Assembly: GCA_965649215.1 (NCBI GenBank)
Contig: CBFGJZ010000021.1
Location: forward strand, 1-26,948
Length of the DNA: 26,948 nt
DNA from: a candidate division WOR-3 bacterium
GTDB taxonomy: Bacteria > Hydrothermota > Tepidihabitantia > Tepidihabitantales > CAIPLT01
Direction: 5' to 3'
Below, piece by piece: positions 9,271-18,571 of the stretch; positions within the stretch are counted from its first letter, which is position 1, and each line of letters opens with the position of its first letter. The translations under genes and the position numbers were made by a program. The notes beneath the pieces were generated by a model. The model searched no databases, was not told where the DNA came from, and saw only the letters and a list, made by a program, of their open reading frames with translations.

Positions 9271-10137
9271 TTAAATTAATCCTTTCTGTTGTAATAAAAT
9301 TTTAGGATTTATAAAATGATTCTCAAAATTTAATATCTTTTCATCAACACCTAACGCCAAACCAAGTAGTTGGGTAAAATAAAAAACGGGTAAATTATAC
9401 TGCTTAGTCATATACTTTTGTTGATTATCAAGATTGTACTGGCATAAAGGACAAGTCGTTGCTACACACTCGGCTTGTGCATTGACAATGTTTTCCAAAA
9501 TTGTCTGAGCACATTGTTCGGCGACATCAGGTTTATCAATTAAAACATAACCACCACAACACTCAGTTTTAAACGAGAAATCAACTGGTTTTGCACCTAA
9601 GGCATTAAACATTTCATCCATCATCATAGGATTATCAGGATGGTCAAAATTCATTTCTTCAGAAGGCCTAACCATTAAACAGCCGTAATATGAGGCAACT
9701 TTAAGACCATTGAGATTTTTTTTAACTTTTTGGGCTAACTTATCAAAGCCAACATCATTTTTTAACACTTCCAAATAATGGACGGTTTCGGTTTTGCCAT
9801 CATAGTCAGTATCTAAATAATTCATCATGCGTTTGCGATAAATACTATTTTCGGGTCGGAATAAATTAAGATTACTTCGTTTCAGCACATTATAACAAGC
9901 CGCGCAAAGGGTAACTAGTTTTTGAGAAATTTTTTGAGCTTCGATCAGATTACGAATCGGAGCGACCTGATTGGCTAAATCATCTTGGACTGTTGAATAA
10001 ATCGCACCGCAACAATTCCAACTTTCGAGTTCTTTAAGTTCAACACCTAAAATTTGGGCTGATGCTCTGGCGCACAAATCAAGATTTTTACTCTTAGTAT
10101 ATAAAGTGCAGCCCGGATAGTAAGCAAATTGAATCAT
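9271..10137 (-). CDS. hdrB: Heterodisulfide reductase subunit B (two CCG domains)
   Basis: YYPGC...WNCCGA...CAACY and YYGC...ECCGG...CPLCQ CCG motifs; LPVFYFTQLLGLALG tail. Confidence 0.93.
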   Translation of the reverse strand: MIQFAYYPGCTLYTKSKNLDLCARASAQILGVELKELESWNCCGAIYSTVQDDLANQVAPIRNLIEAQKISQKLVTLCAACYNVLKRSNLNLFRPENSIYRKRMMNYLDTDYDGKTETVHYLEVLKNDVGFDKLAQKVKKNLNGLKVASYYGCLMVRPSEEMNFDHPDNPMMMDEMFNALGAKPVDFSFKTECCGGYVLIDKPDVAEQCAQTILENIVNAQAECVATTCPLCQYNLDNQQKYMTKQYNLPVFYFTQLLGLALGVDEKILNFENHFINPKILLQQKGLI

Positions 10138-10532
10138 GTTGTATATTTTCTAAAAGCAGCAATAAAAGCCTGTTGGGGTGCTTCATTAATGAAAGTTTTA
10201 TCAATTTTTTCTAACACCAAATGGCTCATTTTATTACGTAAGATTATTGCGCGTAAAGCATCGGCAATTTTACTATAATCAACTCCACGCGGACAACGTT
10301 CGCCACAAACATTGCAAGCCGCACAAAGCCAAATACCATTTGAGTTTATAACTTCATCAATTTTGCCCAATTGTAAAAGCCGAATTGCTTTGGATGGCAC
10401 GACATCCATCGCAAAAGCAGTCGGACAACCTGCAGTGCATTCACCACATTGGTAACAATCAGCGAGATGTTGATTGGACAATGTTTCAATCTCTTTTTTC
10501 AATTCAATTATCGTTTCGTTCAAATCTAGCAT
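10134..10532 (-). CDS. hdrC: Heterodisulfide reductase subunit C (2x[4Fe-4S])
   Basis: CYQCGECTAGCP and IWLCAACNVCGERCPRGVD. Start moved to ATG 10532 because the ORF-track TTG at 10568 coincides with a TTGACA -35 box. Confidence 0.9.
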   Translation of the reverse strand: MLDLNETIIELKKEIETLSNQHLADCYQCGECTAGCPTAFAMDVVPSKAIRLLQLGKIDEVINSNGIWLCAACNVCGERCPRGVDYSKIADALRAIILRNKMSHLVLEKIDKTFINEAPQQAFIAAFRKYTT

Positions 10533-10539
10533 AAAAAAA

Positions 10540-10568
10540 ATATTATTACAAAAAATTAAATCTGTCAA
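10540..10568 (-). promoter_or_regulatory. sigma70-type promoter of the hdr operon (leaderless geometry)
   Basis: TTGACA (10568-10563), 17 nt, TAATAT (10545-10540), 7 nt, ATG 10532; no SD. Confidence 0.65.
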
Positions 10569-10597
10569 GAATTAGTAAGGTTTACTTAAAATGATTA

Positions 10598-12385
10598 TTA
10601 CCCCGCCCCGGAACTTCCGCCGCCACCACCGCTACCGCCACCGCTTGAAAAGCCACCACCTGAGGATGATGCGGTGCTGAAAGAGTTCATCATACTACTA
10701 AAATTATTAACAAAGTTTTGAAAACTATTGATGTTTTCAGTAAACGATTGTAAAGAATTGAGATTTCCCCTAGTACTGAGATACCAAGCAGGTACGGTCA
10801 GTATTTGATTGGTTTGTTTTGCTAATTCAGTAATATTTTTTAAGAACTTTTGAGCTACCCCTAAAGCAACTGCATAGACAAAATAATGTTCCCAAATTAC
10901 TAATAATTTTAGTGGTGCTTGTTTAATAAGAGAAAAGTCAGTGAGGAATCGTTTAAAGTTAAGCCATCGTTTTTGTTCGTTCAATGCTTGGGGCGTCCAG
11001 CGTAAGATGGATTTGCCAACAGAAAAAAAGATTAAAAACAAAACAATACCAGCAATAAAGGCAATACTAAATGCACCGGGGTTAGTATGACCAAGAAAAG
11101 CACTGATGCCAATGCCACTAAAGATTACACTTAACAAGATACTGATTGCAGTATAGAAAAGATAGTGATGATATGCCTTTTTACTTTGGGGGTCAATTAA
11201 GTCGGTTTGCAGAGTTTCGCGCCAATAAATTTTTGCACTGTCATACAGATCTGAAAGCCGATTGCGGAAACCGCTACGATTTTTTTCTGCATAATGCTTT
11301 AAATCACTGTCCGTGACTGAATTGTTGCCACCAAAAAAAAGTGAAACAACATCTTTACTAATTAAATCAAGTTCATTAATCTTATCTGGTTTTTCAATTA
11401 CAAAACGATATTTATTTTTTTGTCCCAGTTCTTGGATAGAAATAAATCCTTTGGTTGTTAAATCGAGAATAGTGGCGAAGACTGCTTGAAAGACATTAGA
11501 TAACTTTGTTGATTGGTCAGGACTTTGCAAGAGAATTGCGGGCAACAGAATTGGGCTGATTTTTCGTGGTGGTTCATGTTCATAAGTTCCCAGATATGGA
11601 ATTGGCGGTTCTTTGCCATAGCGATGATAAAAAATGATTAAGATAATGATTGGGGTGATAATAAGCAGGATGACTCCGATTGGGAAAAAGATTAACTTTT
11701 TTATCAAAGAGACCATAAAATTGCGTTTTTCTTCATTAAGAATTTGAGCATAACGATTTTCATTAATAAGTTCGGCTTCGGAAAAGACATCGCTGGCAGT
11801 AAGCATACGTACTTCGACAAAATGATTAGCAGGAATATTATATAACACAGCAGTAGCAGAACTTGAATCATCACTAAAATAAAGTTCGCCGTTACGACCT
11901 TGCGAATGAATATAGACTTTAAAAAAGTCGGGGTAATTAGTTGGTAAATAAAGATTAAGAACAATTTTATCAATTTTTTCATGTTCATCTTCAATAAATT
12001 TCCAATAGAATTCACTAACATCTTGATATCTTTTAAGGGCACCATTTATGGAGTAATCTAAAAGAAAAGTCTTTGTCTCATCTTGAGCAGAATAATGCCA
12101 TTTAAGATAAAGATTATTAGGATTATCTTCAATAATTGGATTTAATATTTCCCACTTGCCATTGATTTTTTCCAGGAGTTGGGAAAAACTGATGTTTTTA
12201 CTGCCTTGCTTCTTAAGTTTCAAATAGGCATATGAAAAACTGCCTTTAAAATCATAAGTTCTACTTTGACGGACTACAGCATTACCATAATGGTCGAAAT
12301 AGATATCAGTAATAATTTCTGAATAATGATAGGATTTAGCTAAGAGTAGAAAAGGCAGTAATAATATCCAACCGAATCTTCTCAT
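10598..12385 (-). CDS. DUF2207-family membrane protein
   Basis: Signal peptide, extracytoplasmic N-domain, several TM helices, W..FKRFL.DFS and WEHYFVYAVALGVA motifs, Ser/Gly-rich tail SSSGGGFSSGGGSGGGGG. Confidence 0.85.
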   Translation of the reverse strand: MRRFGWILLLPFLLLAKSYHYSEIITDIYFDHYGNAVVRQSRTYDFKGSFSYAYLKLKKQGSKNISFSQLLEKINGKWEILNPIIEDNPNNLYLKWHYSAQDETKTFLLDYSINGALKRYQDVSEFYWKFIEDEHEKIDKIVLNLYLPTNYPDFFKVYIHSQGRNGELYFSDDSSSATAVLYNIPANHFVEVRMLTASDVFSEAELINENRYAQILNEEKRNFMVSLIKKLIFFPIGVILLIITPIIILIIFYHRYGKEPPIPYLGTYEHEPPRKISPILLPAILLQSPDQSTKLSNVFQAVFATILDLTTKGFISIQELGQKNKYRFVIEKPDKINELDLISKDVVSLFFGGNNSVTDSDLKHYAEKNRSGFRNRLSDLYDSAKIYWRETLQTDLIDPQSKKAYHHYLFYTAISILLSVIFSGIGISAFLGHTNPGAFSIAFIAGIVLFLIFFSVGKSILRWTPQALNEQKRWLNFKRFLTDFSLIKQAPLKLLVIWEHYFVYAVALGVAQKFLKNITELAKQTNQILTVPAWYLSTRGNLNSLQSFTENINSFQNFVNNFSSMMNSFSTASSSGGGFSSGGGSGGGGGSSGAG

Positions 12386-12390
12386 CAGTC

Positions 12391-12419
12391 AATATATCGC
12401 ATATTCAATTCTATGTCAA
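12391..12419 (-). promoter_or_regulatory. sigma70-type promoter for the DUF2207 gene (leaderless geometry)
   Basis: TTGACA (12419-12414), 17 nt, TATATT (12396-12391), 5 nt, ATG 12385; no SD. Confidence 0.65.
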
Positions 12420-12448
12420 TAATAAAACTTTAAAAGAAACTAATTTAC

Positions 12449-12476
12449 TTGCAATTTAGCGAGAGAGGGTTATAAT
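12449..12476 (+). promoter_or_regulatory. sigma70-type promoter for the ABC/LolA-like operon (leaderless geometry)
   Basis: TTGCAA (12449-12454), 16 nt, TATAAT (12471-12476), 7 nt, ATG 12484. Confidence 0.6.
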
Positions 12477-12483
12477 AGAATCA

Positions 12484-13500
12484 ATGAATTGTCTTTGGTT
12501 GTGCTTAACACTCTTTAGGGTAATCAATATCTCAGGATATGTTGAAACTCGTCCATTTTTGGTATGGAATGATTCATTTCATCTTTTAGGATATAATCGG
12601 GGATGGTTGGAATTTAAACAAAATTACGATTCCTATGGTATTCAAATTGCATTGGATGGCCAGATTGCTTATGATTCTTTCACAGCAATTTCGTCACTTA
12701 ATTTTAATATTTCACGGCTTGCCTTATGGTTGGGAAAAGAAAACAGTCGGATCACCCTTGGAAAACAGAGAGTTTATTGGGGAGTTGGTAAAGTTTTTCG
12801 TCCATTGGATATTTTAAACAGAACTAATTACTTTGAACCAAATTATGAACGGTCAGGCAATACTGCGGTTTTAGCGCATTATTCTCTTAGTAACTTATCA
12901 AATATTAGAATTATTCTCCAACCGAAACGAAATTTAAAACAGATATTATATGGCATCAGACTTGGCAGCAATTTTACAAACAATGATTTTGGCATTGATT
13001 TATTCTATCAAGGACAAGAGCAAAAACTTATTATAGGTGCTGAATTAAGTGGCGAAGTAGAAATTGGGTATTGGTTAGAATCAAATTATACTGTTTTTAA
13101 GGAAAAAAGTTATCTCAAGGGCAGTTTGGGTTTGGATTATAGTTTCCCAGCTAATATTTATACGATGGTAGAATATTTTTATGACCAGAGTGGTGAGATA
13201 AATCCGCGTGACTATGATTACTTTGCTTGGCAGAACGGTGAGCGATCAACTCTTGCACAACAATACTTATACACTTCAATTGGAATTGGATACGATCCGT
13301 TTTTCCGACCAGCAATTAATTCAATTGTTAATTTAAATGACTATGGCTTTATTATCATGCCCCAAATTATGTATTCTTTAAACGATAATACGGATATACT
13401 GATTGGGGTTAATTTAATTTTTGGTGTAGCTCAGACTGAATTTAGAAATATTACACCATATAGGGGACAAGTATATATATGGTTAAAAGTTTATTTTTAA
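12484..13500 (+). CDS. Probable outer-membrane beta-barrel protein
   Basis: ITLGKQRVYWGVGKVFRPLD porin-like motif, amphipathic aromatic-rich strands, C-terminal YIWLKVYF ending in Phe (BAM-type beta-signal). The signal peptide is short and atypical. Confidence 0.7.
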   Translation: MNCLWLCLTLFRVINISGYVETRPFLVWNDSFHLLGYNRGWLEFKQNYDSYGIQIALDGQIAYDSFTAISSLNFNISRLALWLGKENSRITLGKQRVYWGVGKVFRPLDILNRTNYFEPNYERSGNTAVLAHYSLSNLSNIRIILQPKRNLKQILYGIRLGSNFTNNDFGIDLFYQGQEQKLIIGAELSGEVEIGYWLESNYTVFKEKSYLKGSLGLDYSFPANIYTMVEYFYDQSGEINPRDYDYFAWQNGERSTLAQQYLYTSIGIGYDPFFRPAINSIVNLNDYGFIIMPQIMYSLNDNTDILIGVNLIFGVAQTEFRNITPYRGQVYIWLKVYF

Positions 13501-13539
13501 ATGAAACTGAATTATTAATGTATATAAAGAGAGGGAATT

Positions 13540-14217
13540 GTGGTGGAAATAAAAAATTTATATAAAAACTATCAAATTGGTAAGATTTTATTTCCTGCAT
13601 TACGGGGTATTAATTTGGTTATTGAAGATGGTGAATTTACAGCAATAGTCGGCCCCTCGGGTTCAGGTAAGACAACACTTTTAAATATCATTGGCTGTTT
13701 AGATACCCCAACCAACGGCGAAGTGATTATTAATGGTCAAAATGTTACTCAATTGAATATGCAACAAGCTTCTGAATTACGTAAAAAAGAGATTGGGTTT
13801 ATATTTCAGACCTTTAATTTGATCCCCGTCTTAAATGCTTTTGAAAATGTTGAGATACCACTGTTAGTATTAAATATTCCTGCAGCTGAGAGAAAAGAAA
13901 GATGTCTTGCTATTTTGAAAGAAGTTGGTTTACAAGATTATATTTATCGTAAACCTAATGAGATGAGCGGAGGTCAACAACAAAGAATTGCGATTGCGCG
14001 GGCATTGGTAAAAAATCCAAGTCTAGTTTTGGCCGATGAACCAACCGCTAATCTTGATTCCGCTACTGCAAAGGATATCTTGGCATTGATGCAAGAACTC
14101 AACAAGACACATAAGACCTCATTTATCTTTTCAACCCACGACCCCTTAGTAATGGAATATGCCTTAAGAGTTGTGAGATTAAGAGATGGACTCGTAATTA
14201 GCGATGAGAAAAAATAA
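13540..14217 (+). CDS. ABC transporter ATP-binding protein, LolD/MacB family
   Basis: Walker A GPSGSGKTT, IGFIFQTFNL, signature MSGGQQQR, Walker B LVLADEPTANLD, H-loop STHD. SD-like GAGGG at 13531-13535; start is GTG 13540 or 13543. Confidence 0.95.
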   Translation: MVEIKNLYKNYQIGKILFPALRGINLVIEDGEFTAIVGPSGSGKTTLLNIIGCLDTPTNGEVIINGQNVTQLNMQQASELRKKEIGFIFQTFNLIPVLNAFENVEIPLLVLNIPAAERKERCLAILKEVGLQDYIYRKPNEMSGGQQQRIAIARALVKNPSLVLADEPTANLDSATAKDILALMQELNKTHKTSFIFSTHDPLVMEYALRVVRLRDGLVISDEKK

Positions 14218-14434
14218 ATTATATATAGTAAAACAAAGAATAAAACTACAAACCCAAAAATTACTTCGTAATTTCTTCTTGACGATAACAACCGACTGGA
14301 GTGTTGGTATGATTATTGATTTACTTGCTTCATTGCAAAAAACTTTACTATTGTTATTTAAGAGTAAACATAAATATGACAAACCCACGAGTAGTTTATA
14401 TCATTTAAGTCAGTTACAGAATTGCATTCTATGA
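14204..14434 (+). CDS. Possible 76-aa basic hypothetical protein bridging the ATPase and the first permease
   Basis: Fills the whole gap: its ATG overlaps the ATPase 3' end and its TGA overlaps the permease ATG (ATGA 14431-14434). No recognisable family. Confidence 0.4.
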   Translation: MRKNKLYIVKQRIKLQTQKLLRNFFLTITTDWSVGMIIDLLASLQKTLLLLFKSKHKYDKPTSSLYHLSQLQNCIL

Positions 14435-15654
14435 AATTATTAATTTTAGCTTGGCGAAATGTTTTTCGGCATACCCGAAGAAGTATTATCTCGGCAATTG
14501 CAATATCGGTTGGTCTAGCAGCAATGATATTTATGAACTCAATGATGAATGGAGTGGATAAAATGGCAGAAGAAAATATTATCAATTATGAAGCAGGAGC
14601 GTTATCACTATTTAGAAAAGGGTATTATCGGGAAGAAGGACGCTATGCTCTTGATTCTTTGATTGAAAATTCCGACTCGCTTATTAAAGAGTTGCGACAA
14701 ATTAAAGGTATTAGTACATTAACAGAACGGATCAAATTTATGGCTCAATTAAATACTGGTATTGATGAATTGACAGTGTTAGGCATAGGTATTAATGTTA
14801 AAGATGATGACAAAGTTTTTAAAATTCGAAAGTCCGTTGTGAAAGGTACTTTTCTAAAAACAACGGATGATCTTCTGATTGGTGAAGGGTTGGCTCGAGA
14901 ACTTAATCTGGATCTTGGTGCTATGGTAACCATTATTGTTAAAGATAAATATGGGACTTATAATGCCTACGATTTTGAAATTTGTGGGATTATTAATACT
15001 GCACATCCACTTATTGATCGTAACACGGTTTTGATTGCTTTAGAGATTGCCCAAGAACTTTTAAACATGAATCAGCAAGTCACAGAAATTGCAATTAAAA
15101 CCAATGTTAAGGATTTAGAAAAATTAAAGAAAGAGATTTATCAGAAAATTGGCACTCGTTATGAATTAAAGACCTGGAAAGAATTATATGCATCAATTTT
15201 TGAAGTATCGGTAATGAAACGGACTACTCAATTTATGCTTGCTTTAGTAGTATTAATTATTGCGGTAGTGGGCATTGTTAATACGATGTTGATGGCAGTA
15301 ATGGAACGAGTTAATGAAATCGGGACACTTAAAGCTATGGGATATAGCAATTTTCATATCACTAAAATATTTGTTTATGAAGGTGGTATTATTGGCTTAG
15401 GAGGTAGTTTAATTGGCAGCATCGTTGGTGTTATAATGTCACTATATCTACAGTATTTTGGTTTTGATTTATCGAAAATGTTTGAAGGGATTGATATCAT
15501 ATATCCGATAAAGTTTATTCTGAAAGGCAGATTAGAAGTGGGGATGGTTATTTTTACCTTTTTGTTTGGGATTATAATTTCAGTACTAGTCACATTGTAT
15601 CCAGTACGAAGAGCTATTAAGCTAAAGCCAATTGAAGCATTAAGAAAAGTTTAA
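14431..15654 (+). CDS. ABC transporter permease, MacB/LolC-LolE (FtsX-like) family
   Basis: LAWRNVFRHTRRS N-terminus, TM1 plus a large periplasmic domain, NTMLMAVMERVNEIGTLKAMG, tail P.RRA.KLKPIEALR. ATG 14431 preferred over TTG 14422. Confidence 0.92.
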   Translation: MKLLILAWRNVFRHTRRSIISAIAISVGLAAMIFMNSMMNGVDKMAEENIINYEAGALSLFRKGYYREEGRYALDSLIENSDSLIKELRQIKGISTLTERIKFMAQLNTGIDELTVLGIGINVKDDDKVFKIRKSVVKGTFLKTTDDLLIGEGLARELNLDLGAMVTIIVKDKYGTYNAYDFEICGIINTAHPLIDRNTVLIALEIAQELLNMNQQVTEIAIKTNVKDLEKLKKEIYQKIGTRYELKTWKELYASIFEVSVMKRTTQFMLALVVLIIAVVGIVNTMLMAVMERVNEIGTLKAMGYSNFHITKIFVYEGGIIGLGGSLIGSIVGVIMSLYLQYFGFDLSKMFEGIDIIYPIKFILKGRLEVGMVIFTFLFGIIISVLVTLYPVRRAIKLKPIEALRKV

Positions 15655-15710
15655 TATGGTAACTGACGGAATGAGTATTTATCAAACTGTTAAACAAATA
15701 AACTAAGCGT

Positions 15711-16925
15711 ATGCTGTTAAGACTTGCGTATCGTAATTTTTTTCGTAATACCCGCCGCAGTATTATTTCAGGGATAAGTATTATGATTGCGATTATGTTG
15801 ATAATTTTTACGCAGAGTTATATCAATGGAGTAATGAATAATATTACCGATAATGTTGTAAAGCTAATTTCAGGTCATATTCGAATCACAAGTCGAGAAT
15901 ATGAGCGACGGGAAAGATTATTTCCGCTCTCAGAAGCAATATATTTAACGGAAGAGTTTTATCAAAAAATAAAACATGAACAGATTTTATATATTGCACC
16001 ACGGATTCGGTTTGGTGTTTTATTAGGACAAAATGAGTTAAGTTTACCATGTCTTGGTTATGCAATTGAACCTGAAATTGAAAAACATTTTTCTGCTTTA
16101 CCAAAGAGAATTATTGAAGGACATTATTTAGACGGAAGTACAAACTCAGTTCTTTTGGGTAGAGAATTAGCTAAACAGTTAAATTTATCAATTGGTGATA
16201 CTTTGACAATAATTACTCGCACTGCTTACGATTCGCCAACAGGCATTAATTTGATAGTGCAGGGGATTTTTTCTCTTGGAATTGGTGGAATGGATAAAAA
16301 TATATTTTATATTCCGCTTAAAGTCGGCGAGCGACTTCTTGATTTAGAAGGAAGGGCAAGCGAAGTTGCATTAATTATTAAAGAACCAAAACAGAGTTTG
16401 AAGATTGCCCGAGAAATTCGAGCTAAAAGTGATTATGCGATAATGCCATATCAACAAAATGTTATTCTTAGATATCTTAATTCAACGCGAGCAATCTTTA
16501 CTATTTTTTACTTAATCATCTTGATTGTTGCTTGTTCGACCATTGCCAACACGATGATTATGATTGTTTATGAACGGTTACGAGAAATTGGCATGCTAAA
16601 AGCAATTGGGATGAATAATTGGGCAATCCTAAAACTTTTGCTTGGGGAAGCAGGGATTATTGGTTTTTTAGGTAGTTTGAGTGGTGCGATTTTAGGAAGT
16701 CTTTTGAGTTATTGGTTAAAATATCACGGATTAGATTTAAGTGTCGCGTCAAAGACTGCTTCATTAGATATACCATTTGGACCAATCATTTACTTCGCAC
16801 CAACACCAACAATTATCATAACTACTTTTATTTTTGGGATTTGTGTGACTCTATTAGTTAGTTTACTGCCGATTTATCGAGCAGTAAAATTAAAGCCAAT
16901 TGAAGCATTGAAAACAACAACTTAA
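15711..16925 (+). CDS. ABC transporter permease, MacB/LolC-LolE (FtsX-like) family
   Basis: LAYRNFFRNTRRS, NTMIMIVYERLREIGMLKAIG, KLKPIEALK; paralog of the preceding gene. Confidence 0.92.
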   Translation: MLLRLAYRNFFRNTRRSIISGISIMIAIMLIIFTQSYINGVMNNITDNVVKLISGHIRITSREYERRERLFPLSEAIYLTEEFYQKIKHEQILYIAPRIRFGVLLGQNELSLPCLGYAIEPEIEKHFSALPKRIIEGHYLDGSTNSVLLGRELAKQLNLSIGDTLTIITRTAYDSPTGINLIVQGIFSLGIGGMDKNIFYIPLKVGERLLDLEGRASEVALIIKEPKQSLKIAREIRAKSDYAIMPYQQNVILRYLNSTRAIFTIFYLIILIVACSTIANTMIMIVYERLREIGMLKAIGMNNWAILKLLLGEAGIIGFLGSLSGAILGSLLSYWLKYHGLDLSVASKTASLDIPFGPIIYFAPTPTIIITTFIFGICVTLLVSLLPIYRAVKLKPIEALKTTT

Positions 16926-16929
16926 ACTT

Positions 16930-17661
16930 ATGAAAAAAACAATTATGCTCTTTTGTTTGATTGTTAATATGATGTTAGCATTATCAGGAATTGAAATTAT
17001 CGACCGAGTGGACAATAATTTGGTTGCGAATACAATAAGTTATACGGCGAAAATACAATTAAGTATTGACGGTGAAATCCGAACAAAAGAATTGATTGGT
17101 TATGTACAAGGCAAAGATAAAGCTTATTTGGAATTTACCGCGCCGGCTCGAGATAAGGATACTCGTTTCTTAAAATTGGATAATGAGATGTGGATTTATA
17201 TTAATGAAGTAGAAAAAGCAACTAAGATTGCCGGTCATATGCTCAGACAGAGTTTTGCGGGTACGGATTTTTCGTATGAAGATGTAACCAGTAACCAGAG
17301 ATTTAAAGAACAGTATGATATTAAATTAATCGGAACAGATACGATATTTAATCGTGTATCTTATCAATTAGAATTGATCGCTAAGCTTAAAAATGTTACT
17401 TATTATCGAAGAATGTTGTGGATTGATGCGGAATATTTTTATCCCCTCAAGGAAGAATTATATGCCAAAAGTGGTAAATTAATGAAAGAAATTACGATTT
17501 CTGATTTTAAGAAAATTGGCAATAAAAACTTTCCTACTAAAATCCGAATGGCAAACAAATTACGACGAAACACATATACTGAATTGGTGTTAGAGAATGT
17601 TAAACTTGATGTAGTTATTCCCGAGCGAATATTCACCAAAGCATATTTAGAGAGAAAGTGA
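16930..17661 (+). CDS. Periplasmic LolA-like 'outer membrane lipoprotein-sorting' protein
   Basis: Signal peptide; F..PARDK.TRFL...MWIY, QSFAGTDFSYED, WID...PLK.E.Y..SGKL.K and IP...FT..YL motifs of the LolA_like family. Confidence 0.85.
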   Translation: MKKTIMLFCLIVNMMLALSGIEIIDRVDNNLVANTISYTAKIQLSIDGEIRTKELIGYVQGKDKAYLEFTAPARDKDTRFLKLDNEMWIYINEVEKATKIAGHMLRQSFAGTDFSYEDVTSNQRFKEQYDIKLIGTDTIFNRVSYQLELIAKLKNVTYYRRMLWIDAEYFYPLKEELYAKSGKLMKEITISDFKKIGNKNFPTKIRMANKLRRNTYTELVLENVKLDVVIPERIFTKAYLERK

Positions 17662-17734
17662 TATAAGACCAATAAGAGAGCGCGAAAAAAATTATATTTT
17701 GCTTGACTCTATGCCATTTTCTAAATTTATTTGG

Positions 17735-18550
17735 TTATTCTTTTAAACCGGTGCGGGCATAGGATTGAATAATCTGTTTTTGAGCAAAGAAGAAAAGTAT
17801 TATTAAAGGTAGAATTGCTAAAGTTGAAGCAGCCATTAATAATGGATAATTGGTAGAGAACTCTCGAGAGAAATAAGCTAATCCGACTTGTAATGGACGG
17901 ATTGAATCTGAGTGAGTAACAATTAAGGGCCAGAAGAATGAATTCCAACTGGCAATGATATCAAAGATTGCAATCGTAACGATTACAGGTTTTGATAAAG
18001 GTACTACAATTTGCCAGAGGGTCCGAAAATTGCCACAACCATCTATTTTGGCAGCATCAAACAAGTCTTGTGGTAATGTTTTAATATGTTGTCGCAATAA
18101 AAAGATGGCAAAGATATTGACCGTCCAAGGCACAATTAATGCTAAATATGTATCAATCCAACCAAGTTTAAACAAAATCATATACGATGGGACTAAATAG
18201 ACCGGTAGGGGAATCATCATGAGAGCTAAAAAGACCATAAAGACTAAATCTCGTCCCCAAAATTCAAATTTGGCAAAAGCATAAGCAGCTAAAATACCAC
18301 TAAAAAGAACCCCTAAAAGCGAAGCAATTGCAATAAAGATCGTATTTAAGAAATAGCGTAATAAAGCAACTTCTTTGAAAATCTCGACAAAATTAGAGAA
18401 TTTGAGAACCGTTGGAAATAGGGTTGGTGGAAAACGAAGCGATTCAATTGGTGTTTTTAAGGCCGTTGTCAACATCCAATAGAAAGGTAAGAACATACCA
18501 ATACCAACTAGAATTAAAATGATATGGACTGGTAAGAGTTTTTGTTTCAT
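17735..18550 (-). CDS. Carbohydrate ABC transporter permease (MalG/UgpE-like)
   Basis: PFYWMLTTALK, YFLNT, AAYAFAK, EAA-loop LFDAAKIDGC, WNSFFWPLIV, multiple TM helices. Confidence 0.92.
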   Translation of the reverse strand: MKQKLLPVHIILILVGIGMFLPFYWMLTTALKTPIESLRFPPTLFPTVLKFSNFVEIFKEVALLRYFLNTIFIAIASLLGVLFSGILAAYAFAKFEFWGRDLVFMVFLALMMIPLPVYLVPSYMILFKLGWIDTYLALIVPWTVNIFAIFLLRQHIKTLPQDLFDAAKIDGCGNFRTLWQIVVPLSKPVIVTIAIFDIIASWNSFFWPLIVTHSDSIRPLQVGLAYFSREFSTNYPLLMAASTLAILPLIILFFFAQKQIIQSYARTGLKE

Positions 18551-18571
18551 AAACGTTGATTATTAATTACT

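Noticed and set aside
10600..10680. GC-rich CCG/CCA micro-repeats
   Set aside because: Explained by the Gly/Ser tail typical of DUF2207 proteins.
13501..13518. Mini-ORF MKLNY in frame with the ABC ATPase
   Set aside because: Two in-frame stops separate it from the ATPase, which has its own SD; likely chance in AT-rich DNA.
15624..16909. Identical 19-mer TAAAGCCAATTGAAGCATT near the ends of both permease genes
   Set aside because: It encodes the conserved KPIEAL tail of paralogous permeases and is not a target-site duplication or att site.
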